This document shows positions 14,184 through 23,987 of a stretch of DNA of 26,565 bases, one piece after another. The stretch lies in IMG/VR virus record IMGVR_UViG_3300020043_003864, positions 1-26,565 of that record; one strand, given 5' to 3'. Source of the DNA: a virus (Duplodnaviria; Caudoviricetes). Position 1 is the first letter of the stretch, and every line of letters begins with the position of its first letter. The notes beneath the pieces are model-generated. The model was given only the letters and a program-made list of their open reading frames with translations, was not told the DNA's origin and ran no database searches. Made by a program: the position numbers and the translations under genes.

Positions 14184-16795
14184 TTTATTTTTTCGTTTAA
14201 TTCTTGAATAGCTTTAACTAAAGTTGTAAATATTGCCTCTTTGTCAAGTCCTAAATACTCACCCTGTTTAACTAAGTCAGGCATTATTTTTTGTACTTCT
14301 TGAGCAATAAATCCGTATTGCTTGCCTTGGTTTATTGTGTCGTTTTTCCAATGGAAAGAAACTGGATTGAGTTTTAAGATTTCATTCAATCCGTAATTTA
14401 GAGGCTCAACATTAATTTTCAAATTTAGGTCGGATGGGTTGGTGTTTGTAAGTGTTCCACCATTTGAATAAACCGTTCCTGTTCCAAGACTATTAAATGT
14501 AGCTGCTCCTGAAATACTAATTGAAACACTAGAAATTCCAGTTCTTGAAATTACAATAGCATTAATTCCGTCTGTTTGGGCATCATTTCCAGCTCTTATT
14601 CTAAATTGTCCTGATGTATCAAGATTTTGAATGGACCAGTTTTTAGTATCTGTCCCGTTCCCCAAATTACTTAAAAAAAATGCATCTTGAGCTAAGGAAC
14701 TAATAGTTCCGTTTACTCTCAATTTTTTACTGTCATCCGTTGTCGTTCCAATCAGCACGTTATTATTTGAATTTACGACATATATTGCATCTGCTCCAAT
14801 ACTGTTATTATAAATACGATAATCAGTATTAGAACCAGTTACGCCAGTCCCTACAAGCCAATTATCTGTTCCATTAGTGTTATAAACTAACAAAGAACTT
14901 GCAGACGTTGTGCCTCTAGTTAACCTAAATGTTGGGGATGTTTTACTAATTGTTACATCTCCGCTAAAGGTAGCTGCTCCTGTGTTGGCTAAATAAAAAA
15001 CACTATTATTACTTGTAACATCAATAGTTGTTGAATTAACCCAAAATGCCATGCCTCCAGTTCTGTCGTAACCAATTGCAGCAAATCTACTTGTACCAAC
15101 ATAATTACTATCAAAAACTTGAACTGGAAAAGCCGATTGTAAAAGAGTGTTTCTTACCCAACCACCGCTCATAGTTACGCCGCCAGTTGAAGTTATTACA
15201 CCTCCAGCAGTTAAATTACTACTAATAGCAGCCGTTCCACTAACTTGAAACTTCGCACCATTGTCTGTGGTACTACCAAATATAAAGTTGCCACCACTTG
15301 ATAAAGTAAATGGTTGATTGGCTCCTGTTCCAATATATAAACTACTTGCTATGTTATAAATGTATCCTAAAACAGAGGATTGAGCAGAATTCCAAAACGA
15401 AATTTGTGATTCACTATTTAATCCAGCAGTTCGACCAACTAAATCAAGATTATAAGAGCTGCTAAGTGCTTTAATTTGAAACGTGCCGTAACTAGCATTT
15501 GGTGTTAATCCAACCCCTACTTGCGTTCCGTTGTCAATTATCTGACTATTTCCAATCGTTGTACTTCCTGTAAACTTTGGCAATGTTCCGCTCGTCCCTG
15601 TTCCAGTTACTGGGTTAGTCAAAGCGTTTTGCTTAGAGTTAAATGTTGTCCAATCCGTACTAGATAGGAATCCACTTTGCGAACCGCTAGCTTGTTGGAT
15701 TGTAATGTTTGGCGTTGTGCCTCCGCTGGATGCTAAAGGACTTGACGCAGTAACCGCGGTTACATAAGTTCCAGCCGCTTGATATTGCGGAATATTTAAG
15801 GTGCTACCTATTAAAGTAGCCGCACCACTTGTTCCAGTTGTGGTAAGCGTTAAAGCGTTTTGTTTGCCGTTAAATGTTGTCCAATCCGCCGAGCTTAAAG
15901 CGCCTCGATTTGTCGCGCTCGCCGTTGGTAAATTAAACGTATGGGTATCGCTTGCGCTAGAAATTCCAAAGTCCGTTCCGCTAGTCCCAACCGCAAAGAA
16001 TTGCACTTGGCTAGTCAATCCGTTTAAAGCGGTTAAACCAGTTGTAAACGTGGTAATAACTTGGCATAAATGATTGTCCTCTGTATGTAAAGTAATTGTA
16101 CGCCCTGAATGAGTAACGTAAAATCTAACCGCCAATCTATCTGTTAACGCTAGCACAGTTTCGGGAACTGCTAAGGTTGAGAAATAAGGGTTTAAGTTAG
16201 TTCCAAACGCAATCAATTCAGGAGCCGAGCTACTTGTTGCAAGTAAAGTAAATGTCGTGCCATTGTACTTGTAAAGCTCGACATAAAATGAGGGTGAACC
16301 TCCACTAGAAGACGCGCTAAAATACGTTTCAAAGTTCCAATTACCTCCAGGAATAAGCAATTTATTCGGGTCTAAAGCGTCCGTAATAAACGAGGCAATA
16401 TAGCCATCCGCATTAATACTTATATCCGTTCCAGTGCCAAAAACTGGCGTTCTATTCAACTCTTTATAAGCAACTCCTCCGATTGTACCTTGCGAAACCG
16501 AACCATTCAAATAGTAGCTAACCGATGAGCCTCCGCCAGTAGTTGCTGGAAAGTCAGCCAAAGAGCCATCGCCTCGGATGTATTGCCCAACCGTACCAGC
16601 TCCACCTAAAACTTGGCTTTCTGTAATCGACAAACCAGTTGCGGCCGTGGCAATGGTTACGGGCAAATGATTCTGACCGCTTCCACTTGGGTCGACTGGA
16701 TTCTGTCCCTCGGAAACAACAAAGCCAGGAGAGGCTGGAGTCGAGCCAGCTCTAACAACTTGCGCTCTGTATTTGCTAATATTTACGTCTTCCAT
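14180..16795 (-). CDS. tail fibre / receptor-binding protein with C-terminal intramolecular chaperone (peptidase S74)
   Basis: G/S/T-rich repeats, VGIG-like motifs, SD..LK.N...L.PV.F.W...GFIAQEV...LVKAIQEL. Confidence 0.88.
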   Translation of the reverse strand: MEDVNISKYRAQVVRAGSTPASPGFVVSEGQNPVDPSGSGQNHLPVTIATAATGLSITESQVLGGAGTVGQYIRGDGSLADFPATTGGGSSVSYYLNGSVSQGTIGGVAYKELNRTPVFGTGTDISINADGYIASFITDALDPNKLLIPGGNWNFETYFSASSSGGSPSFYVELYKYNGTTFTLLATSSSAPELIAFGTNLNPYFSTLAVPETVLALTDRLAVRFYVTHSGRTITLHTEDNHLCQVITTFTTGLTALNGLTSQVQFFAVGTSGTDFGISSASDTHTFNLPTASATNRGALSSADWTTFNGKQNALTLTTTGTSGAATLIGSTLNIPQYQAAGTYVTAVTASSPLASSGGTTPNITIQQASGSQSGFLSSTDWTTFNSKQNALTNPVTGTGTSGTLPKFTGSTTIGNSQIIDNGTQVGVGLTPNASYGTFQIKALSSSYNLDLVGRTAGLNSESQISFWNSAQSSVLGYIYNIASSLYIGTGANQPFTLSSGGNFIFGSTTDNGAKFQVSGTAAISSNLTAGGVITSTGGVTMSGGWVRNTLLQSAFPVQVFDSNYVGTSRFAAIGYDRTGGMAFWVNSTTIDVTSNNSVFYLANTGAATFSGDVTISKTSPTFRLTRGTTSASSLLVYNTNGTDNWLVGTGVTGSNTDYRIYNNSIGADAIYVVNSNNNVLIGTTTDDSKKLRVNGTISSLAQDAFFLSNLGNGTDTKNWSIQNLDTSGQFRIRAGNDAQTDGINAIVISRTGISSVSISISGAATFNSLGTGTVYSNGGTLTNTNPSDLNLKINVEPLNYGLNEILKLNPVSFHWKNDTINQGKQYGFIAQEVQKIMPDLVKQGEYLGLDKEAIFTTLVKAIQELNEKIK
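15621..15888. repeat. 37-bp direct repeat pair (33/37 identical) within the tail fibre gene
   Basis: 15621-15657 and 15852-15888, encoding DWTTFN(S/G)KQNAL. Confidence 0.8.
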
Positions 16796-19700
16796 TTATG
16801 TCGTTGGTTCTATTCCTAAATCGTAAAGCTCAATTCTCGCCGTTCCTTTTCTGCAATCAAGTTCGTAACTCATTAGCGCCCAATATCGTCCGTTAAATAA
16901 GAAACTTCTAAAAGGGTCAATTGGTCTACGCTCAATAGTTGCTAAAACTCTGTAATTGGTTCGGCCTTTCAAGTTAGCTAATTCTTGCACGATAATATCT
17001 AGCAAAGGTAACTCTTCAACTCCATCTCTTGTCCAATCAGTAGAAACTGCATTGTCAAAATCTAGCAATCGAATAGCCGAAACTGAGTTGCTCGTAATTG
17101 CGTCTCCAATGTATGTATTATAGTCAGGATGCACATTGGCATAAGGTGAGCCAGTAACCGCTTTAACTCCTAGCTTAGACAAAGATAATCCGTCCGTTTT
17201 CTCAATCTTTAGCGAGAGATTTTCATACCTTACAACGTACCTGTTAGGAGTTCCGCCGTTGCAGATTAGTTGATGCAATCTAATCTCTACCTCGCCGTCA
17301 ACTGGGACTAAAACATTGTTTATTGCAATGCTATTCCAAACCGAGCCAGCAGTAACCGAGAACTCCATTACCGTACTTGTGGCAGTCCAAGCAAAGGTTG
17401 TGGCTCCACTTCTTGACAAGTATTGGTTGCCAATTTTAATCATTAATCCAACGGCATGAGCGCCAGGAGTAACCGCGTAACTCGTACTTACTCTTTCAAC
17501 CATGTATTGAAAGGTCAAAGAAATGGTATTAGCCGTCTCCTCTGCGATTGTAATGGCTCCTCCAGTTGTGTTCGTGCTTGCTGAAATCCAAGACAAGTTC
17601 GGGTCGTCTATTCCGTCCGTTGTGGTTGTCGTCCATATTTGCACATACTCGCCACCACCCGAAACGTACTGCACTAAGGCCGTACTTCCACTTGGCACGC
17701 TTGATGGCTGGTTACTTGGGATTGCCTTGTGATAATCCCAAAGCTTTAGCTGGTAAATCCCATCATAAGTCGAGCCTACTCCGTTTAAATTCCACTCCTC
17801 AATAGCAAACTTAGCATCAAATATTCCGCCTTGACTATTTGGGTCTAATACTCCTAGATTTAAATAAGAGTTAAACTCTGTAAATACTCTTCTTGCGGTC
17901 TCCTCAGGTAAGTTAATATCCGCGTTTAAATCGTCTCCGTTTACAATTGTATTTGTTGCCGTTAAACTTAAATCGGGTAAAAACTCATACATCTTGTAAG
18001 ATAACTTGCCTAACTCGGTCAATCTCACAACGTAGAATTGATTTTTCCACAAAAAGACACGACAAAGGAAAGGATTAACCATTCTCTCGATTGTGTCCTT
18101 TAGATAAAGTTGCTCGTTTTCAATCCTTACTCCGTTTGTGAATTTAGCGTCTAGTCCATCGGTAAAGATTGCGTTTTGTGGCACGTTAAATTGACGGAAA
18201 ACGCTTTCGTCATAATCCATCCTAGCCTCGTGAATTTCGCAACCAATAAACACTGGTCTTGGTTCAACAAAGGATTGATTTAAAGCTCCAACAACTGCCG
18301 ACAAAGCCTGTGTTCTTGGGTCAGGCCAAGAGGTAAAGTTTGAGCGGATAGAATCAAAACCTTTCAATCCATCAATTGCAGTAAAAGAGAAAAGCTTTGG
18401 GCCACTCTTATAAGGTGATGTTATAAAGTCAGGGGCAATGTATCCGCTAAAGAAAGGAATTTGCCCTTCAAATAGTAAATAGTTTATTCTATTTGTGCCT
18501 CCGCTTCCAACTGAAACAAATGTATTCTCCCCAAATGTTACACCTTTAAAATTTGACGTATTTGGAGGCGTGTCAGCCGTCCAATTTATTCCATCAACAG
18601 AATATAGGTATTTTATTTCGGTGTCTGTAACGGCCATAAAATAGCCATTTCCATAAGTTATTGATACTGGAGTATTAGGTGAGCTTGCAGCATTCCAAGA
18701 AATTCCGTCAGTTGAATAATACTTACCAGTTGTAAATATACCATTGGCAAAATATACAGTTGAGCTAGAAAATCCAGTAGACTGGTCAGTAAAGGTACTG
18801 CCATCGTAAGAAATTAGCATTGTACCTGGACTTCCTGACATTGATATAACCCAAGTACCTATTCCATAAGTTATTGCAGTAAAGTTTCCGCTTACAGATA
18901 TAGTAGATTCAAAATTCCAAGTTATCCCATCTGTACTATTATACACCTCTTTTGATGAACCTTGAACAATCCAAACGTATTTTCCATTGGCATACTCAAC
19001 ATCAGTAAAAGTCTTAGTTGAACCGCTAACCGTTACTCTTAAATCCCAAGCAAATCCATCAACGGAGGTAAAAACTTTTGCGTCAGTTCCTGATATTCCA
19101 GCATTTACAAATAAGCCATTACCATAAATAATTTTACCGCCTATAAATCCAGCTGGGTTAGTTGCATTCCAAGTTATCCCATCGTTTGAGTAATGTACTC
19201 CGTTTGACCTAGTAGCAACAAAAACTCCGTTACCATAAGCAACATCTATAAAATTATTGGTATTGGTTACTTGTTGCCAATCCGTTATATCATTGTTAGC
19301 GCTAATTTGATTTAAATCTACTCTCCAAGTACGATTGCCACCAACGAGAAACTCGTTAAAATCGCCAGTTTCGCCAGCGATTGTAAAATCAACTGAGGAG
19401 CCTATAATTGTCTCTAATGGGTCGTTTCCAGTATTACCCCAATTGTATGTAATATCGTTAATCTGCAAAGGAGTAACCGCTCCTGAGTAGCCAGCTTTAA
19501 GTATTTGCAAGTTCCAAACATTGCCTCCGTAGTTGGTTGCATAACCTCCTTCGTATTTTAGGCCGTAGTCATTTATAGGAGCGTTTTGGCCAGTTAAAAC
19601 AACGTATGCTTTAACATCCTCACTCGGCATCGTGTAGCTAAAAGACAAGTTAGAAGACAATAAAGTATTGCCTGGCGAGGTATACCACATAGCCGTGTGA

Positions 19701-19834
19701 TATCCCGACTCGGGTGCAACTGCAATCGTAAGCGAATCGCCTTCGGTGTAGAATTCTAAAGGAGCAACGCCGTTAACGGTAATCGTTCCAAGACCTTCTC
19801 GAACTGCAAGGAGTAATCTGTAATCGTTTGCCAT
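16796..19834 (-). CDS. tail tip/baseplate protein with inserted repeat (beta-propeller-like) module
   Basis: Follows the tape measure gene. Repeats of YGNG.FVA and S.DGI.W occur around aa 180-455. Confidence 0.75.
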   Translation of the reverse strand: MANDYRLLLAVREGLGTITVNGVAPLEFYTEGDSLTIAVAPESGYHTAMWYTSPGNTLLSSNLSFSYTMPSEDVKAYVVLTGQNAPINDYGLKYEGGYATNYGGNVWNLQILKAGYSGAVTPLQINDITYNWGNTGNDPLETIIGSSVDFTIAGETGDFNEFLVGGNRTWRVDLNQISANNDITDWQQVTNTNNFIDVAYGNGVFVATRSNGVHYSNDGITWNATNPAGFIGGKIIYGNGLFVNAGISGTDAKVFTSVDGFAWDLRVTVSGSTKTFTDVEYANGKYVWIVQGSSKEVYNSTDGITWNFESTISVSGNFTAITYGIGTWVISMSGSPGTMLISYDGSTFTDQSTGFSSSTVYFANGIFTTGKYYSTDGISWNAASSPNTPVSITYGNGYFMAVTDTEIKYLYSVDGINWTADTPPNTSNFKGVTFGENTFVSVGSGGTNRINYLLFEGQIPFFSGYIAPDFITSPYKSGPKLFSFTAIDGLKGFDSIRSNFTSWPDPRTQALSAVVGALNQSFVEPRPVFIGCEIHEARMDYDESVFRQFNVPQNAIFTDGLDAKFTNGVRIENEQLYLKDTIERMVNPFLCRVFLWKNQFYVVRLTELGKLSYKMYEFLPDLSLTATNTIVNGDDLNADINLPEETARRVFTEFNSYLNLGVLDPNSQGGIFDAKFAIEEWNLNGVGSTYDGIYQLKLWDYHKAIPSNQPSSVPSGSTALVQYVSGGGEYVQIWTTTTTDGIDDPNLSWISASTNTTGGAITIAEETANTISLTFQYMVERVSTSYAVTPGAHAVGLMIKIGNQYLSRSGATTFAWTATSTVMEFSVTAGSVWNSIAINNVLVPVDGEVEIRLHQLICNGGTPNRYVVRYENLSLKIEKTDGLSLSKLGVKAVTGSPYANVHPDYNTYIGDAITSNSVSAIRLLDFDNAVSTDWTRDGVEELPLLDIIVQELANLKGRTNYRVLATIERRPIDPFRSFLFNGRYWALMSYELDCRKGTARIELYDLGIEPTT

Positions 19835-21621
19835 TATCCTTTATTTATCCTGTTATTAGCTTGACCAAGCACATAAACTAGGTCTTGTCCTCTTACTACA
19901 AACTCGCCGCTTACATCTCTGTTTTGCTCAAATAAACCTCCCTGAGCGCCACCAGTAAAAGAAGAGCCACCTCCTCCAACTCCTGAGGTTCCTACGGACG
20001 AACCTCCACCACCGCCACCGCCTCCAATTCCTGAGGTAATACCTCCACCTCCGCCACCTCCGCCAATCTTAGCTCTAATGAAACCAGCTAATGCAATTAA
20101 GGCAACACCAGCGGCAATGGCCGTGGCTGGGTTTTTAAATGCTAATTTAATAGCAATCATTCCGACACCTACTTTAATTGCCGCTTGTCCCAATCCCTCG
20201 GCAATTGTAGCAACTCCACCTAAAAGAGCCTTACCAGCAGCCTTTACAACATCGCCACCAGTAGCTAAAGCCTCACCAATCGCAAAGCCAATATCTCCTA
20301 ATCCATTAACCGCTCCATTGGTTATAATAGCTGAAGCTTCAGCGTTAAACTCCTTTAGAGACAATAAGAATTTGGTTTTTTTAGAGTCGTCAATATCTGC
20401 AACTTCAGGCTCTATAACTATGCTTTCCGCCAATTTATCTAAATCTAAACCAATCGGCATTGGCTTTGCAATTGATTCAGCCATAGCAAGAAAACTTGCG
20501 TCTAATTCTTTTGCTAGTTTAGTTTGCCTTTCTAGTAGAAAATTAGCGGTATTCATTTCGGGATTTCCAGCCAAAATTACTTTATTAAGCTTGTCCCATC
20601 CTTTGGAATACTCTTCAAACGCCTTCGCTCTTTCCTCTGCCTTTGTTTCGTCGCTTACTTCATTAAATGTCTCAACACCAGCAGCAGCTTCAACAGATGC
20701 TTTTTGAATTCCCTTAATTAATATTGCCTGACCTTCTAATTTATTGGCATATACTGGATTTAAAAGAGCCAGCAATTGTTTGCCAAAGGTCATAAAACCA
20801 TTTTCCCCAGTATATTGGGCAACTGTATTAACTGAATTTAAAGAGGTTACCAATTTGTTGGTTAAACTATTGGCCAAATCTAAAACACCCGAAACTAAGC
20901 CACTCGAAGAGTTACCAATTGCTAATTGTAATTGGGTAAAGTTGTCTCCTAAATTGGATATTTTACCTCCTACTGTCTCAGAAATTGCAGCCATTGAGCC
21001 TGTAACTCCCTCGGCCTCTCCAAGGCTAATTAAATAGTCTTGTATTGCCGTATCTGTATTTTTTACTTCAGTAGTTACACCTTTAAAAGTAAAGGCTACG
21101 TTATCGCCTTCGGCTTTTGCTCTAACGCCAAATTCCTTTAAACGCTCAAACTCTCCAGTCATTGCGTCCAAAGTTGCTTCCGCTAATTGGTCAAAAGATT
21201 TACCAGTTGACGAGGCCAAGTCGCCTAAAGCAGTCATTTCTTTAACTGTTGGCGTGAACCCTCGGTTGGCTAATTTTACAAAAGCGTTGGTTAATTCGTC
21301 AACCTGGAAAGGAGTTTTGGAAGCAAATTCTACGATTTGATTCATTGCAACCTGAGCCGCTGAGCTACTACCTAAAGTATTAGTTAAAACCGCTTCCATT
21401 TTTTGGAATTGTGCGGTCGTATCAATTATCGCCTTTCCAAAACTTAAAACCGCTCCGACAGAAAATGCAGCTCCTAAAGATGTTAATGCAGTTGAGGAGA
21501 TTTTTTCAAATTTGCTAAATTCTTTTCCTGACTGGTCAAGTTTAGAATTTACCTCATTAAACTTTTTATCGAACTCGCTAATTTTAGCGCCTATCTCAAC
21601 CTCTATTCTTGGATTTGCCAT
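19834..21621 (-). CDS. tape measure protein
   Basis: Helical Ala/Gly-rich, FA.KTPFQ..E, GE.ERLKEFG motifs, downstream of the tail chaperones. Confidence 0.9.
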   Translation of the reverse strand: MANPRIEVEIGAKISEFDKKFNEVNSKLDQSGKEFSKFEKISSTALTSLGAAFSVGAVLSFGKAIIDTTAQFQKMEAVLTNTLGSSSAAQVAMNQIVEFASKTPFQVDELTNAFVKLANRGFTPTVKEMTALGDLASSTGKSFDQLAEATLDAMTGEFERLKEFGVRAKAEGDNVAFTFKGVTTEVKNTDTAIQDYLISLGEAEGVTGSMAAISETVGGKISNLGDNFTQLQLAIGNSSSGLVSGVLDLANSLTNKLVTSLNSVNTVAQYTGENGFMTFGKQLLALLNPVYANKLEGQAILIKGIQKASVEAAAGVETFNEVSDETKAEERAKAFEEYSKGWDKLNKVILAGNPEMNTANFLLERQTKLAKELDASFLAMAESIAKPMPIGLDLDKLAESIVIEPEVADIDDSKKTKFLLSLKEFNAEASAIITNGAVNGLGDIGFAIGEALATGGDVVKAAGKALLGGVATIAEGLGQAAIKVGVGMIAIKLAFKNPATAIAAGVALIALAGFIRAKIGGGGGGGGITSGIGGGGGGGGSSVGTSGVGGGGSSFTGGAQGGLFEQNRDVSGEFVVRGQDLVYVLGQANNRINKG

Positions 21622-21961
21622 TTCTTTCTAGTTTAGATGCAATTTCTAACAATTTCTTTGCTTTAGCAAAGTCTTGAGGCGTTGACTCCAAAGGCTTTGG
21701 ATTATTATCCCAGGACAAAGGCCAAATTTTTGTTGGGTCTAAATTTACTCCTTTCTTTAAATGAGGTTGTAATAAAATTATAGCCTGTTTACGCATTGCC
21801 TCTACCATGTCTTTTTGGTCTATCTCGTGGCCTTTTATTAAAACCTTTAACTCTTTACGGCTTAAATGAAAAAGCTGCTCATAAGGGATTTTTGTCCGAC
21901 CTACGAGCAGCAATAAATTTTCGCGAGCATTGTAATTCTCGCTTTCGTCTTCACTTACGTT
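21596..21961 (-). CDS. tail assembly chaperone, -1 frameshift extension (gpT-like part)
   Basis: Frame is open from the slippery A9 run (21960-21968) through ORF 21596..21913. Confidence 0.75.
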   Translation of the reverse strand, partial: NVSEDESENYNARENLLLLVGRTKIPYEQLFHLSRKELKVLIKGHEIDQKDMVEAMRKQAIILLQPHLKKGVNLDPTKIWPLSWDNNPKPLESTPQDFAKAKKLLEIASKLERNGKSKNRG

Positions 21962-22284
21962 TTTTTTTGTTCGGTACTTTCACCAATCCCCAACTCCAAA
22001 AGCAAGTCGGCCAAAACGTCGTTAAATAAATTAATTACTTCTTTACCCTCAACCCAAGTTTTTAACTCATCTAAGCTAATTGGATTTGCCGATTTACGAA
22101 TGCAAGCAACTTTGTGGCATTCAATAAGCAAAGCGTAAATTAAATCTAGCTTTGGCATTTTTCCGTTTTGGAAAACTTCACCTAAGCTTTTGCCAGTAAA
22201 GTCCTCAAAATTAGCCAATGCCCCAAGATTTGGGTAAAAGAAAATCTCCCCTTCTTTAAAGGGAGTAGAATGGTATTTAGCCAT
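21955..22284 (-). CDS. tail assembly chaperone (gpG-like)
   Basis: Between tail tube and tape measure. Ends CAA AAA AAA ACG TAA. Confidence 0.8.
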   Translation of the reverse strand: MAKYHSTPFKEGEIFFYPNLGALANFEDFTGKSLGEVFQNGKMPKLDLIYALLIECHKVACIRKSANPISLDELKTWVEGKEVINLFNDVLADLLLELGIGESTEQKKT

Positions 22285-22293
22285 ATATGTTTA

Positions 22294-22710
22294 TTAGGTT
22301 GGTATAACGCTAATTACTGGAGCGCCAGCAAAGTCGAAAGTTCCTGAGAAAGATACTTGAGAGTTTCTTTCAGCGGTAATTTCAAGAGAATTTAACTGAG
22401 CGTCAACGGTAATGATTTTGTCACCTGACTCAGTACCACCAAAAACCAATTCAAATACTTTTCCGATGTCTTCCATCAAGTCAAAAGCTGAGAGGTTGGA
22501 TGCTCCAGTAGATGCAAAATCTAGGTCTCCACTAAAAGAGAAAGAGCCTGATTTGTCGCCGCCTTCAAGTCTAACTCCGTAATCGCCTGTACAATCGTTT
22601 CTTACAATTACAGACTCGTTGGAGATTGAAACAGAAGCGGAGGTTTTACAAACGACTGGAAGAGAGTTCCACTCGAAAGTAAAGAAATTGCCTAATTGAT
22701 ATGTTGCCAT
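22294..22710 (-). CDS. major tail (tube) protein
   Basis: 138-aa beta-rich protein, ...SLEITA......SFSGTF...G.P pattern, canonical position. Confidence 0.8.
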   Translation of the reverse strand: MATYQLGNFFTFEWNSLPVVCKTSASVSISNESVIVRNDCTGDYGVRLEGGDKSGSFSFSGDLDFASTGASNLSAFDLMEDIGKVFELVFGGTESGDKIITVDAQLNSLEITAERNSQVSFSGTFDFAGAPVISVIPT

Positions 22711-22714
22711 TGCT

Positions 22715-22754
22715 TATTCGTTTTAACAAATATACATAAATTTTTATTTATCAA
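22715..22754 (-). promoter_or_regulatory. promoter TTG-N17-TATATTTG for tail tube gene
   Basis: -7 element at 22727-22734, TTG at 22752-22754. Confidence 0.7.
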
Positions 22755-23200
22755 GATACTTGAAAAATATCCAAGGTATAAGACAAGATTTTTTGGTAAG
22801 CGATTTGGCTACTGCCTTGCTCAATTTGAGTTCTGCTAAAGTTCTTTCGAATATTTATAGCTTGCAAATCGGCTGGCAAAATCAAATAATCCAAAGTCAT
22901 TTTCAATTGAATAGCATTGGAGATATTTTCAGAAAGCTTTTTACCCCCGTTACCTTGTGCAAATTTGGTTACGATATTAATTTGAAAGGTTGCGTTTTGT
23001 CTAATCGAGCAATCGTTGCTTGTTGTCTCGGCTTCGTTTTGGTCTGTAATAAGGACGAAAGCTTGTGAGCCTTGGTAGTTAGCTGGATTAATGCTAGGAG
23101 GTAACTCCGTATCGTAAACTGGCAAAGTCACACCGCTAAGCGTTAAAGGTGAGATTGCTGCAATAATTGCCTTTCTTATGTCCGTAGCGATTTCTCTCAT
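22751..23200 (-). CDS. tail terminator / tail completion protein
   Basis: Position and VYD..P......FV.I pattern. Confidence 0.7.
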   Translation of the reverse strand: MREIATDIRKAIIAAISPLTLSGVTLPVYDTELPPSINPANYQGSQAFVLITDQNEAETTSNDCSIRQNATFQINIVTKFAQGNGGKKLSENISNAIQLKMTLDYLILPADLQAINIRKNFSRTQIEQGSSQIAYQKILSYTLDIFQVS

Positions 23201-23661
23201 TTAATATCCTTTTTAATTTCGTTTTCGATTTCTTGCACCAAGTTAGCGGTATTTTTGAAAAAGGATGGCATTAAATAGGGACGGCCAACAATTCGGCCTT
23301 GTCCATTTCTGTAAAACCTTCTTGCAATATCTCGGACTTCTTGCGTGTATTCTGCACGACTTAAAATTTCTCTTGCACTTAATCCAGTTCCAAATTCCAA
23401 CCAAGCCTCAATCTCAAATACTGGGTCGCCTGACTGCACGCCAACTCTCCAAGCTAATCCATTGTTTTCAACTACTTTATCAATCCTTTGCTTAATGTTT
23501 AATGGTAAACCATTCCAACTACTTGGAGCGTTTCTTATAGCCTCTATTTCAATATCTGTTGCAGCGCTTGCCAAAGCGTCTTTAACGGCTTCAACAACTG
23601 CATCGCTTTTTTTATTTAAATCAATTAGAGCTTTGTCCAAGCCTTTTACCGTAACCGCCAT
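23197..23661 (-). CDS. HK97 gp10-like neck/tail completion protein
   Basis: VKGLD, A...AP, LEFGTG, RPYLMP motifs. Confidence 0.85.
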   Translation of the reverse strand: MAVTVKGLDKALIDLNKKSDAVVEAVKDALASAATDIEIEAIRNAPSSWNGLPLNIKQRIDKVVENNGLAWRVGVQSGDPVFEIEAWLEFGTGLSAREILSRAEYTQEVRDIARRFYRNGQGRIVGRPYLMPSFFKNTANLVQEIENEIKKDIK

Positions 23662-23987
23662 TACACTCCGACCATGTTTATAATGTACTCTTTGTGTTGG
23701 CGCTCGTCATTCAATTGAACGCCAGTAATTTTGTAATATTTGCTCCGATAAAAAACTTGGTAGTTTTCGCTAGGGACAAAAGAGACACGATATTGGATTG
23801 CGATTTGGTAAGTGTTTGGCAATACCATTTCTCCAGCCTCCAAAGCGTTATTGGCTCTAGTCTGTTTAACCGATGCAAACGTAGACAAGAAAGTCCCTGG
23901 AGTAACCGTTGTGCCTCCAGCTCCGTCGCTTATAGTTTGAAAGGAAACAAACTCAACTTTTTGGTCGTATTTTCCAAAGTTTATCAT
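23661..23987 (-). CDS. head closure protein (SPP1 gp16-like)
   Basis: G....V.F......DG.GG, I.I.YR, Y.I..V pattern. Confidence 0.8.
   Translation of the reverse strand: MINFGKYDQKVEFVSFQTISDGAGGTTVTPGTFLSTFASVKQTRANNALEAGEMVLPNTYQIAIQYRVSFVPSENYQVFYRSKYYKITGVQLNDERQHKEYIINMVGV

Noticed and set aside
14180-16795. Diversity-generating retroelement or invertible fibre cassette
   Set aside because: No reverse transcriptase, invertase or adenine-specific TR/VR pair seen.
19975-20065. GGN repeats at the tape measure C-terminus
   Set aside because: Explained by a poly-Gly linker.
20078-21037. 209-aa and 97-aa plus-strand ORFs
   Set aside because: Antisense-frame artefacts of the Ala/Gly-rich tape measure gene.
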